This document shows, piece by piece, positions 19,197 through 28,689 of a DNA stretch of 64,000 nt. The notes beneath the pieces are model-generated. The model was not told the origin of the DNA. It made no database searches and saw only the letters and a list, made by a program, of their open reading frames with translations. Both the position numbers and the translations under genes were made by a program. Within the stretch, counting starts at the first letter, position 1; every line of letters starts with the position of its first letter. Where the stretch lies: the NCBI GenBank assembly GCA_963790475.1, contig CAWBOS010000010.1, forward strand, positions 64,001-128,000, written 5' to 3'. The DNA comes from an uncultured delta proteobacterium. Its GTDB lineage: Bacteria > Desulfobacterota > RBG-13-43-22.

Positions 19197-19318
19197 TTCC
19201 AAATCCTGTTGTTTCTAAATGCATTTCCCGTAGGAACCTCTTCCAAGAATAATGCAAATAGCCTCTGGTAGCTCTTTCTCTCTGATATGACGCAGTCTAA
19301 CTCCAGAATAACAAACAT

Positions 19319-19822
19319 TTATTGCCCACTGTATATTTTTTTCATCTCTTTTTTTATCCGGTCAATCGGAACACCCAGTTCATTCAATAAAAAAGCATGT
19401 ATCGCTTGCGCATCGCAGACGTTACAGTTGGATGCGTGGTCATCAAATTTACCAAATTTGCCCTGTTTGAGAAAGCAATAAGAAAGGTTCTTATGCCCCA
19501 TTTCTTCACAAAAGCAGTAACAGGTAAAATGAGCCAGAAGTTGTGGTTCTTTAACCGCGATCTTGTAAGCCACCTGAACAGAATCATTGATGTAGACGAA
19601 CTTCGGAAATTTATATTTCTCCCAATTCTCTCCCGCATATTTTTTGGCTACCAGGGCCTGAGATCTGGCGGTGAGTTCCTTGAGATTCATCTTGGCCAGG
19701 TTTTGAATTTCTTTTTCCTGATCCGATGCTAAAACGATAGGAACCGTAATAAGGAGCAACAAGGAAAGTAAGATGGTTTTTTTGATGGTTTTCATTTTCG
19801 AGTTCCCTCCTATTTTCACCAA
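19319..19822 (-). CDS. Exported PCYCGC-motif-like protein
   Basis: Signal peptide; TCYCFC...GHKNLSYCF...DDHASNCNVC pattern. Confidence 0.75.
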   Translation of the reverse strand: MVKIGGNSKMKTIKKTILLSLLLLITVPIVLASDQEKEIQNLAKMNLKELTARSQALVAKKYAGENWEKYKFPKFVYINDSVQVAYKIAVKEPQLLAHFTCYCFCEEMGHKNLSYCFLKQGKFGKFDDHASNCNVCDAQAIHAFLLNELGVPIDRIKKEMKKIYSGQ

Positions 19823-20868
19823 GGAAATTTAAAAAGCCAGTTTTCGCCACGGAACCAATGACCGACAACGATGGCCAGTAATTGGCTCAAAATAATAAAC
19901 GCGAAAGCCAGGTTAAGGATCAGCCTTTCCCTTACAAACCATTTGCCGCCCGGTAGCTTTGAGCGATCGAGCGCAGGGACGAGGACTAAGAAAAGTCCGA
20001 TAAATAAGGGCACAACTATGCCGCCGACCAAGGCCGAATGACTTACCATTTCCTGGATACCGACAAAATACCAGGGTGCTTTAGCCGGATTGGGTGGACG
20101 CAGAGGATCAGCCCTGCCCGACAGTGGGGCTTCAAGGAAAAACGCAAGAACGAGCAGAAAGGAAAGGGTCAGGAGGCCGACGGCCAGTTCCGCTTTAAAG
20201 AGTATCGGCGAAGAAGCTATTCTCTCAGGATCCGGTTCCTGGGAGGATGCCAAGCCCCCGGCTTTTCTGATACGCCAGAGATGCAGGGCAATCAGGAGTA
20301 CCCACAGCGCGGGGAGGAAGGCGACGTGCAGAGCAAAGGACCGGATAAGGGTATCGGTGCCGATTTCCTGGCCACCCAGGAGAAACCGTCGAAAAGAGGG
20401 ACCGATGATAGGGAAGTAGGAGGCAAGATTTGAACCCACTTTGATTGCCCAATAGGAAGTCTGGTCCCAGGGCAAGAGGTAGCCGGTATAATTGCTGGCC
20501 AGGATTAGAGTCAACAAGCCCAGCCCATAGACCCAATTCAGATAGCGCCCCTGATAGCTTCCGGTGAAAAAAACCCTGGTAAGGTGCAGGAAGCTAGCGA
20601 TCAGGAGGACATTGGCCGCCAGATAATGGAGGTTTCTCACCAGCCCGCCATAACGCAGAGTAGTCATGATGTGAATGGTCCGGTCATAGGCCACACTTTC
20701 AGAAGGAATGTAATAGAGCAGGAGTGTAACTCCGGATAAGAAAAGTAAAACAAGACAGGATAGGCAGATGATACCCAGACCGAGAGTCGTGATGGGTTGC
20801 AGGGTACGCACCCGAATCATCGGGGAATGGAGGTGTTTCAGAAAATTCATTCTCAACCTTTCCTTCAC
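19816..20868 (-). CDS. Cytochrome b (b6-like) fused to a subunit-IV segment of a Rieske/cytb complex
   Basis: Heme ligands RNLH...FLH and ALH...ALH; TGYLLPWDQ.SYWA; PNPAKAPWYF (PEWY variant). Confidence 0.9.
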   Translation of the reverse strand: MKERLRMNFLKHLHSPMIRVRTLQPITTLGLGIICLSCLVLLFLSGVTLLLYYIPSESVAYDRTIHIMTTLRYGGLVRNLHYLAANVLLIASFLHLTRVFFTGSYQGRYLNWVYGLGLLTLILASNYTGYLLPWDQTSYWAIKVGSNLASYFPIIGPSFRRFLLGGQEIGTDTLIRSFALHVAFLPALWVLLIALHLWRIRKAGGLASSQEPDPERIASSPILFKAELAVGLLTLSFLLVLAFFLEAPLSGRADPLRPPNPAKAPWYFVGIQEMVSHSALVGGIVVPLFIGLFLVLVPALDRSKLPGGKWFVRERLILNLAFAFIILSQLLAIVVGHWFRGENWLFKFPW

Positions 20869-21371
20869 GCCTCACCCCTTTTTGATCTAATAGGGACGGG
20901 TTCTTTTATCTCAAGCCAACTCGACCTCGTCAATTTTTCTCCTATATGCACCCATAGCCTGCCGTCGCGTTCAGTTACTTCGTGCCAGGGAAGCGGGTCT
21001 GTAGCCGGGCCTGAATAGACCTGGCCCAGCGGACCGAATTCGCTGCCGTGGCAGGGACAAAAGAACCCCTGGTCGACCACATTGAGAAGACAGCCCAAAT
21101 GGGTGCATTCCAGGCTGATGGCCCCGATCTTCCGGGAAGATCTGATGACGGCGATCTTGTGCTCCGGGAAAGGGGTCAGTGTCCCGGGCGCAAACCGGTC
21201 CAGCGAGGAGATCTGAACCCAACTGCCTGAAGAGAATTGGGAGGCTGCCGTCCAGACATTGCCGAAAATCCAAGTGAAGGCCGTCCCCACCGCCCCCAGG
21301 CCGGCGATGATCAGCCAGTTGAATAGAAATTTCCGCCGGCTAACGGGGCTCATAATCGGCACCTCGCTCAC
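20865..21371 (-). CDS. Rieske 2Fe-2S subunit
   Basis: SRRKFL Tat motif plus TM; CTHLGC and CPCHGS boxes; GPA. Confidence 0.93.
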   Translation of the reverse strand: MSEVPIMSPVSRRKFLFNWLIIAGLGAVGTAFTWIFGNVWTAASQFSSGSWVQISSLDRFAPGTLTPFPEHKIAVIRSSRKIGAISLECTHLGCLLNVVDQGFFCPCHGSEFGPLGQVYSGPATDPLPWHEVTERDGRLWVHIGEKLTRSSWLEIKEPVPIRSKRGEA

Positions 21372-23001
21372 TGGAAAGATTTCGGACCAGGCTAACCAGG
21401 CCCCAGATCGACTCCGGGCGGAGATTGTTAAGAAAGGGCCGCATCTCGGTTCCGGGAATCCCGTAAGTTATAGCGATGGCAATCCTCTCATCGCTGAGTG
21501 ATCTGAAGTAGGGATAATTGGTGAGGTCTCTTGGCCTGGGCAGATATTTCAGGTAGGCCGGTCCTTTTCCCTTGCCTTGAACACCGTGGCAGAGCGAACA
21601 TTTTTTCCTGAATGTAGAGAGGTTCTCTTCAGATGAAGGCAAAGTTTTTGGTCTGGGCGGAGGTGCAGTCATTACCTTAACCCTCCTTTCCGTTCTAATG
21701 AATACCTGGAAAAGAAGGTCAACCAAAGAATTGATGGACTCTTTTCCCAATAACTCCCCATAGGGCGGCATCGAGGTACCCGGAATGCCCTTGGTGATGC
21801 TTCCTATGATTCGCGTGTCCGGGACTGACTTGAAAAACAGGACGTTGTTGCGGAATGCTCGGGGAAAGTTGGCCAGGTTCGGCTCAATGATACCAAAGCC
21901 ATCACCCAGGGCGGCATGACAACGTTGGCAAAGCATCATGTAAGCATTTTTGGGGGTCCCTCTGTGAAAGTGGCTTTTTTCTTTCTGTTGAAGGACAAAG
22001 AGGAGCCCTTCCTCCTCTCTTTGGCTCATCGGGATTATCGGCATGATGGCCCCGGGGATTTCGATTCCTGGACTATGCAGGAAATTCCGGATATAACCCT
22101 TGGGCCGCATAAAGGCCATATAGGAAAGGTCCGGTCCGATCTGGCCATCGAACTCGCTGAACTTGTGGCAGGCCAGGCATTTCTTTTCCTTTAGCAACGC
22201 CTTTCCCTTTGGAACGGGTTTGGGCATACCTTCTTTCTCCAGCCGTTCCTGCTCTCTTTCCTTTAAAAGGCGCATCATCGGGGTTTCATAGTATGGTGCT
22301 TTCACTCGACTCTTTAAGAAATAGGAGAGGGATTTCACTTCTTCAGGAGAAAGAGCGAATTTCGGCATGATTGAGTTCTCAAGGATTGCTTTGGGATTTT
22401 CGATGGCTTTTCTGATCTGCACCAAACCCAGGAAGGATCCGGCATCACTAAGATCAGGGCCGTAGCGGCCACCCCTACCCCCGCCGCCGCTTGTGTGACA
22501 GGTATCACAGGCGGTTTTTGAGAACAGTTGGACCCCCTGCCAGGCTTTATCAGCTCCCCGTAGTGGTTTCAATTCATGGCATTGGTAACAACTGGCCTGG
22601 AGGTCTTCCCCGGCCAAGACTTTTCGGGCTTCATTACCCGTTCGGCCATGGGATATCTTGAGATCGGCAGCCATTCCTTCGCCCAAATGACAGGCCGTGC
22701 ATCCCAGGTCAACCATTGAATGGGGAGCGATATTCGGGTGGCTGCGCCCTGGTATAGGGGAATCCATTCGGACCGCGGCTCTACCCTCCGGGTGACACGT
22801 CCGGCAATGCTCTTGTTTCGGTGCTCCGCCGAGGTTGACGGTTATGTTGGCAATGTGGTGTGAACCAATCTTTTCATAGCGATAATAACGGCCCGACTGC
22901 TCCTCCCATCCCTTGTAGCTCCAAAGGATAAGAAGCCCCAGGGTCAAAGCTATTGCGATCATTAGGATAACGTTTATCAAAGATTCTAAACGTCTTATCA
23001 A
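21340..23001 (-). CDS. Membrane-anchored multiheme cytochrome c (7 CxxCH)
   Basis: CRTCH, CTACH, CYQCH, CDTCH, CLACH, CQRCH and CSLCH; N-terminal TM; GPDLS and MP class-I motifs. Confidence 0.9.
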   Translation of the reverse strand: MIRRLESLINVILMIAIALTLGLLILWSYKGWEEQSGRYYRYEKIGSHHIANITVNLGGAPKQEHCRTCHPEGRAAVRMDSPIPGRSHPNIAPHSMVDLGCTACHLGEGMAADLKISHGRTGNEARKVLAGEDLQASCYQCHELKPLRGADKAWQGVQLFSKTACDTCHTSGGGGRGGRYGPDLSDAGSFLGLVQIRKAIENPKAILENSIMPKFALSPEEVKSLSYFLKSRVKAPYYETPMMRLLKEREQERLEKEGMPKPVPKGKALLKEKKCLACHKFSEFDGQIGPDLSYMAFMRPKGYIRNFLHSPGIEIPGAIMPIIPMSQREEEGLLFVLQQKEKSHFHRGTPKNAYMMLCQRCHAALGDGFGIIEPNLANFPRAFRNNVLFFKSVPDTRIIGSITKGIPGTSMPPYGELLGKESINSLVDLLFQVFIRTERRVKVMTAPPPRPKTLPSSEENLSTFRKKCSLCHGVQGKGKGPAYLKYLPRPRDLTNYPYFRSLSDERIAIAITYGIPGTEMRPFLNNLRPESIWGLVSLVRNLSSERGADYEPR

Positions 23002-23068
23002 GATCTTCCTCTGCGGTACCCTTGAAGAAACCTCGGTTATTGATCAAGAACACGACCCGTGACTCATT

Positions 23069-23479
23069 CTATTTCCGCTCAGTCGGATAATTCGCCCCTT
23101 CCCATTCACGCCAGCCCCCTTTGAGGGCATAAACTTTTTTAAATCCCAGACTGATAAGCTTCTGTGCCACACTGGCACTGGTCGCCTCATCCAGTCAGGC
23201 ACAATAAAGGACAATGGTCTTTCCCTTGGAATACTTCTTCGCCCAGGATTTCACCTTAGTTGGATCAGGATCTTCCCGAACCGCCCCCTTGATTTGCTTC
23301 GTACTCATTTTCCGGTCAAAGAAGGTCCGGACATCAATAACCACCACATCCGGATTCCCAAGCATCGATTTGAGTTCTTCTTTGCTGATGCGGGGAACAT
23401 CCAGGGAGACAGCCGTAACCACCCAGATCCCCAACATCATAACGACCATTCCTATACTAACTATCACCTTTTTTGCCAA
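23069..23479 (-). CDS. Exported rhodanese-like selenoprotein copy 2, 136 aa with TGA 23195-23197 read as Sec
   Basis: LYCA-TGA-LDEATSASVAQKLISLGFKKVYALKGGWREWEGANYPTERK; identical SECIS-like hairpin at 23164-23178. Confidence 0.85.
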
Positions 23480-23631
23480 CTCTTCACCTGCCTTTCTTGA
23501 TCGCCTGGAGGGCAACCTAAAATATGAGAAATAAGAACATGGGCTCTCTTTAAATGAATACCAACCCTTCAAATCTGCTTCCTATGAACGCTTTCTTACA
23601 TTTTAAGATCATTTTTAATAAAAACAACTTT

Positions 23632-24150
23632 TTAAATATCCGGAATCCTTCTCCCCCTTTTTTTTCGATCGAGAGGGAGGCTAACTTCCTGAGATAAGAT
23701 AAGATGCGGAAGAGTACCCTCGGCGCCCAGAATGGAAACCAACCTTCTCAGACCTTTATTAACTTCCTTTAGTTCGCTTAACGGTGTCTTTTCCAACCCC
23801 ATGACCAATAAGCCCTGAGCCACTTCCGGGGCGGCGGCCACCAGCTTTTTCCCTTTTGAGGTCAATTGCACCCAGACAACACGCCGATCTTCCTTCGATC
23901 TGGTCCTCTTTATCAGGTCGTGAGACTCAAGCCGGTTGAGGATCCCGACTATGGTTGCCGGGTGAAGATACATACGGCGGGCCAATTCGGAAACTATCAT
24001 CGGAGCGGTTTCGGCCAGGACCTTAATGGTCCAAAGCTGGGGACTAGTCAAACCGGTGGCATGCTCCACCTTTTTGGAATATTCTTGAATAACCTGAAAG
24101 ACCCTTCTTAAATTATCAATGGCATCAGCTATTAATTCTGATTGGTTCAT
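23632..24150 (-). CDS. MarR-family transcriptional regulator (copy 2)
   Basis: Close paralogue of 9345-9866. Confidence 0.92.
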   Translation of the reverse strand: MNQSELIADAIDNLRRVFQVIQEYSKKVEHATGLTSPQLWTIKVLAETAPMIVSELARRMYLHPATIVGILNRLESHDLIKRTRSKEDRRVVWVQLTSKGKKLVAAAPEVAQGLLVMGLEKTPLSELKEVNKGLRRLVSILGAEGTLPHLILSQEVSLPLDRKKRGRRIPDI

Positions 24151-24282
24151 TGTTCACCCAAGAAATGAAAAAATTCTTGACATCACTTTTTGAATATATT
24201 AATTTGTATACCAATCATTTGTATATAAATCAATATTTTTTTAAAGTTATCTTTTCCCAACTGGGAAAGGAGGTGAACGAAA

Positions 24283-24879
24283 ATGATCTCCTTCAAGCAT
24301 TGGATGAAATTGATGGTAGTCCTTTTTATTCTGTCTTTTTTCTTATTTGTTTTCGGGTGGGGCTGCACAACTTATAAAGAAGCAGTGGCAAACCCTGTAA
24401 AAGTTACACCTGGTCCTATGGTTGTGTCTAACCCTCCGAAAGCCTTGGAAGATGAGATAGAAAAGGCCCTGAGAGAGGAAGAGGCCAAACGATTGAAAGA
24501 GGCAGCTGAAAATGCTCTTTTTGAATCCGAGGATGTCCATTTTGAATTTGATCAGGCAATCTTGTCAGAAACCGACAAGCGAATTTTAAATAAAAAAGCG
24601 AAATGGTTAAAAGATCATCGGGCGGCCAAAGCCATAATCGAAGGTCACTGCGATGAAAGAGGAAGTGCAGAATATAACCTCGCTCTGGGTCAGAGAAGGG
24701 CCGATGCGGCCATGAATTACCTAACTTCTCTGGGCATCAATGCCAACCGGATTTCAACGATCAGTTACGGCAAGGAAAAACCCTTAGACCCAAGATCCAC
24801 AGAGGAGGCTTGGGCCAAGAATCGTCGGGCCCATTTTGAATTGAAAATAGAGATAAACGAACTTCCACCCAAGGCTTAA
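24283..24879 (+). CDS. pal: Peptidoglycan-associated lipoprotein, copy 2
   Basis: Lipobox GWGC; OmpA-like domain nearly identical to copy 1. Confidence 0.9.
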   Translation: MISFKHWMKLMVVLFILSFFLFVFGWGCTTYKEAVANPVKVTPGPMVVSNPPKALEDEIEKALREEEAKRLKEAAENALFESEDVHFEFDQAILSETDKRILNKKAKWLKDHRAAKAIIEGHCDERGSAEYNLALGQRRADAAMNYLTSLGINANRISTISYGKEKPLDPRSTEEAWAKNRRAHFELKIEINELPPKA

Positions 24880-25055
24880 AGAGGAAACATAGTATGTTGA
24901 TTTTGCCTGAAGGGTCCAGGCCTTCAAATTCCCGGTAAGAAAGCCATTAAACCACGGTTTCACAGATGTGGTCGAATGCCAACCGTTATGATAAATTGCA
25001 TTTTTTTATAAAAAAAATGAAAAAGTAATAAACTTTTTTTATCGCTCACTCGGGT

Positions 25056-25090
25056 TGGCCGAGAGACCACTGAATTCTCCCGGCCATTTT
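25056..25090 (+). terminator. Probable intrinsic terminator, homologous to 11059
   Basis: TGGCCG...CGGCCA hairpin followed by TTTT. Confidence 0.5.
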
Positions 25091-25280
25091 ATTATAGAGT
25101 TGAGCACAATGCGATCAATTGTCAGTTTCAAATATCCATGGAGGAATTTCTGAAGGATGTCGTTTTGTTGTTCCTACTTGATATTTTGGATAATAGGCCT
25201 GATATTATTGAAAGTCCCAGTTTTTGTTATTGAGAATATATCCGGAACATCTGATCTTTAAAGGAAATGCCTTTCCTGAG

Positions 25281-26672
25281 ATGGCTTTAGACATTAAAAA
25301 AAATCACGACCGGGTTAAGATAAAAATAACCGAGGAATCTGTTATTTTTATCAGTATATTGAAATGGTTTATCCTGTCTACGGCCATTGGGATAATTGTC
25401 GGCGTAGCCACCGCCTTCTTTTTAAAGGTCTTGGAATGGACTACCCTTCGGGCCAATACCATTCCTTACTATTTTCTTTTCCTGCCAATCGTCCTTTTTT
25501 TAAGTGCCTTAATGATTAAATATCTGGCCCCGGGGGCGGAAGGGCATGGGACAGAAAAGGTAATTGAAGCCGTTCACAAACATTCCGGAAGAATCAAACC
25601 CATGGTAGTTCCTATAAAACTGGTGGCCACGATCATCACCTTAGCCTTTGGAGGATCGGCTGGTAAGGAAGGTCCCTGTGCGCAGATAGGGGCTGGCTTG
25701 GCCTCTATTTTTGCCTCCTTGCTTCGTTTTGATGATTTAGACCGGAAAAAACTGGTCATCTGTGGGATCAGCGCCGGCTTCGCCAGCGTCTTCGGGACCC
25801 CTATAGCCGGGGCGATTTTCGGGGTAGAGGTCCTGATGGTAGGTAGCGTTCTTTATGAAGTTCTCTTCCCTTGTTTTATTGCCGGGGTCACTTCCTATCA
25901 GGTTTCATCGGCTATCGGGATCACCTACTATTATCATCCCCTGCATTTTGTTCCGGTTTTCAAGGAATTGTTTTTTATCAAAGTTGCTTTGGCCGGTATT
26001 TTTTTCGGGATCGTTTCCTTCCTGTTGGTTGAATTTTTGAATTTGGGAAAAAAACTGGCCGATCGCCTACCGGTCTGGCCGCCTCTTAAAGGGATATTAG
26101 GAGGTTTTCTTGTGGCCGGTCTGGCCTTGGGATTTTCAAAAGACTATTTAGGGTTGGGATTGCCCACCATCCAGGCCTCCCTTCAAGGCCTGAAGATGGC
26201 TTGGTCGGCCTTTTTTTTGAAGATTATTTTTACCAGTATAACGCTTAATTTTGGAGGCAGCGGAGGAATCGTTACCCCCATCTTTTTCATCGGGGTAACC
26301 TCCGGAAGTCTTTTTGCTCAAATTTTCAGATTGGATATAGCCACCTTTTCAGCCATCGGCATGGTGGCACTGTTGGCCGGGGCGGCCAACACTCCTATTG
26401 CCGCCAGCATTATGGCCGTGGAACTTTTTGGTCCCCAAATCGCCCCCTATGCGGCTGTGGGCTGCGTCATCAGCTTCCTGATGACGGGACACCGCAGCGT
26501 CTATCCCTCCCAGATTTTATCGGTTACCAAATCACCTTCTTTTGAGTTAGAGATCGGCGACGATATCGATAGCACCCATGTCCACTATAAACCAAGAAAG
26601 AAAAGTTTGATAGGGGCTTTCTTGCTGGCCTTCGAATCCCTAAAAAGCAGAAAAAATCGGAAAAAGCGGTAA
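25281..26672 (+). CDS. CLC-family chloride channel/transporter
   Basis: GHGTE, GGSAGKEGP, FGTPIAG, GGSGGIVTP and ANTP motifs; start position uncertain. Confidence 0.9.
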   Translation: MALDIKKNHDRVKIKITEESVIFISILKWFILSTAIGIIVGVATAFFLKVLEWTTLRANTIPYYFLFLPIVLFLSALMIKYLAPGAEGHGTEKVIEAVHKHSGRIKPMVVPIKLVATIITLAFGGSAGKEGPCAQIGAGLASIFASLLRFDDLDRKKLVICGISAGFASVFGTPIAGAIFGVEVLMVGSVLYEVLFPCFIAGVTSYQVSSAIGITYYYHPLHFVPVFKELFFIKVALAGIFFGIVSFLLVEFLNLGKKLADRLPVWPPLKGILGGFLVAGLALGFSKDYLGLGLPTIQASLQGLKMAWSAFFLKIIFTSITLNFGGSGGIVTPIFFIGVTSGSLFAQIFRLDIATFSAIGMVALLAGAANTPIAASIMAVELFGPQIAPYAAVGCVISFLMTGHRSVYPSQILSVTKSPSFELEIGDDIDSTHVHYKPRKKSLIGAFLLAFESLKSRKNRKKR

Positions 26673-26707
26673 ACCCAAAACTTTTGATATGAGCATGGAG
26701 GTAGGTT

Positions 26708-27055
26708 ATGAAATCTTTAATATTTGGTTTCAAGATTTTCATTGGTACGGCCGTGCTGTTTATGTTTAAAAAGGAGGCCTTGGCCCAGTATAGAGATTAT
26801 TACGGTTGGGGAATGGGACCGGGAATGATGGGCTGGGGGAACATGGGCTGGTTCGGTCCGATTTTTATGGGGCTATTTTGGGTCCTGTTGGCTATCTTGA
26901 TTATTTTGCTGATACGCCGGCTTTTGTCATCAGGTCATATCGGTAATCAGGACCATGGGCGGGGGGAATCAGCCCTGGAAATCCTCAAGAAAAGGTACGC
27001 GCGGGGAGAGATTGATAAGGAAGAATTTGAAACTAAAAAGAAAGACTTGAGTTGA
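26708..27055 (+). CDS. SHOCT-domain membrane protein with a Met/Gly-rich periplasmic segment
   Basis: GWGMGPGMMGWG, TM helix and ALEILKKRYARGEIDKEEF. Confidence 0.85.
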   Translation: MKSLIFGFKIFIGTAVLFMFKKEALAQYRDYYGWGMGPGMMGWGNMGWFGPIFMGLFWVLLAILIILLIRRLLSSGHIGNQDHGRGESALEILKKRYARGEIDKEEFETKKKDLS

Positions 27056-27137
27056 GTACACTTTTGATTTCCAAATTTTATAGTAATCTCATTTTCATAG
27101 AGAAAAACCAAAAAACCAAGGAGTTAAATTTGTTCCT

Positions 27138-27800
27138 ATGCTTACCCATGAAGAGGCTAGGATATTTTATGATCGGTTTGGTTCCAAGCAGGACTGGCAA
27201 CGGTTTTACGAATCAAGAGCCGTCGATGATCTGATTGCCCATTTGAAACTTAATCAAGCCCAATCCGTTTTTGAATTTGGATGTGGAACGGGCCGCTTAG
27301 CCGAAATCCTCCTCGATCACTTCCTTCCAGTAAAGGCGGCCTATACCGGTGTGGATATCAGTACGACCATGGTCTCCCTCAGCCGGAATCGCCTGGCCAG
27401 ATTCGGCAAGCGGGTTCAGATTATCCAGACCAATGGCGAATCAAAGCTGCCCTTCGAAACAAAAAGTTATGACCGTTTTGTGTCCACCTATGTTCTTGAT
27501 CTTTTGGAAGATGAAGAGATCGTTGCTTTAATTGCCGAAGCTCATCGTATTCTCAATTCGAAAGGGCTGGCCGGACTGGTTAGCCTGACCCGAGGTTTCA
27601 CCCTTGGCTCATGGTTAATCGGGGGTATCTGGTCTGCGGTTCATTCCCTGGCCCCGTCTGTTGTCGGTGGTTGCCGGCCTATTTCGCTTCTTGAGTTTTT
27701 TAATCCCCCGGACTGGGTGGTAAGGTACCGGACTCGAATTTCGGCTTTTGGTGTTCCATCAGAAATTATTGTGGCTGAGCAGGTTGCGATGGAATCCTGA
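27138..27800 (+). CDS. Class I SAM-dependent methyltransferase
   Basis: FEFGCGTG, GVDIS and YDRFVSTYVLDLL. Confidence 0.85.
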   Translation: MLTHEEARIFYDRFGSKQDWQRFYESRAVDDLIAHLKLNQAQSVFEFGCGTGRLAEILLDHFLPVKAAYTGVDISTTMVSLSRNRLARFGKRVQIIQTNGESKLPFETKSYDRFVSTYVLDLLEDEEIVALIAEAHRILNSKGLAGLVSLTRGFTLGSWLIGGIWSAVHSLAPSVVGGCRPISLLEFFNPPDWVVRYRTRISAFGVPSEIIVAEQVAMES

Positions 27801-27865
27801 GGAACAGGTTTAAGTTACCTTTTTTGTTTTCTGAATTCAATATGGCCGGTAAGGCCATGGTCTGC

Positions 27866-27895
27866 AGTGAATGAATATCTAGTGAATGAATATCT
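27866..27895. repeat. Perfect 15-bp tandem duplication
   Basis: AGTGAATGAATATCT x2. Confidence 0.8.
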
Positions 27896-28011
27896 TTGGT
27901 TAAATAAAGATTTATCTTTGAAAAGATGTTCAATTCTTCGGACCTATTTTCAAAACCAAGTTATTTTTATTTTAGGCATTATAAAAAACGGACAATTAAG
28001 AGAGTAATAGG

Positions 28012-28443
28012 ATGAAAATTCTTGGTTTGGATCTGGGTGGCAAGAACATCGGGGTGGCTATCAGTGATGATCTGACTTTAACCGCCCAGGTTTTGACCTC
28101 CATCAAAAGGACCTTCCCGGAAAAAGACTTGGTTGAAATACTGGCTCTGGCGAAGGAATATCAGGTACGGGAGATCGTCGTTGGTATGCAAATCAAGATG
28201 GACGGCACGAAAGGGAAATCAGCCCTGGAAGTTGAAGAATTCATCGAGAAACTCCATGAAACCTTATTGATTCGAATTATTCCCTGGGATGAGCGCTTTT
28301 CCAATGTTACAGCGGAACGGATTCTTTTGGAAGGAGACCTAAGCCAGAAAAAACGACAAAAAGTGATTGTCAGATTGTCGGCCGCCATTATCCTCCAAGG
28401 CTATCTGAACAGCCGCCGACGGGGAAATGGGCCAGCCTCCTGA
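28012..28443 (+). CDS. ruvX: YqgF/RuvX-family nuclease, degenerate
   Basis: ILGLDLG.K.IGVAISD, WDERFS and SAAIILQGYL; several conserved residues altered. Confidence 0.8.
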   Translation: MKILGLDLGGKNIGVAISDDLTLTAQVLTSIKRTFPEKDLVEILALAKEYQVREIVVGMQIKMDGTKGKSALEVEEFIEKLHETLLIRIIPWDERFSNVTAERILLEGDLSQKKRQKVIVRLSAAIILQGYLNSRRRGNGPAS

Positions 28444-28506
28444 AAAGGTACCTGGGACTTCTCCTTTTGCTTCCATTATATCATTGAAAGCCTAAGGAGG
28501 TAGCCG

Positions 28507-28650
28507 ATGTTGAAACCATTGGGGGTTTTGGGCAGTGGAGGGATGGGTGGTATCATCAAAGATTCACCTCTGGACATCCTCAAAAGAAGATACGCGCGCG
28601 GAGAGATTGATAGGGAAGAATTTGAAGCAAAGAAGAAAGATCTAAGTTGA
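28507..28650 (+). CDS. Short SHOCT-domain ORF (47 aa, no TM; probable remnant), not in the ORF track
   Basis: RBS AAGGAGG; SPLDILKRRYARGEIDREEFEAKKKDLS, close to the C-terminus of 26708. Confidence 0.65.
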   Translation: MLKPLGVLGSGGMGGIIKDSPLDILKRRYARGEIDREEFEAKKKDLS

Positions 28651-28689
28651 AGCAGGCTTCGAAGCAAGGAATTGATTGACCACAAGTTT

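Noticed and set aside
24880-26672. Fluoride riboswitch / CLC-F exporter
   Set aside because: No crcB-motif consensus was recognised upstream, and the protein has GKEGP and GIVTP rather than the GREGT and GEVTP CLC-F signatures.
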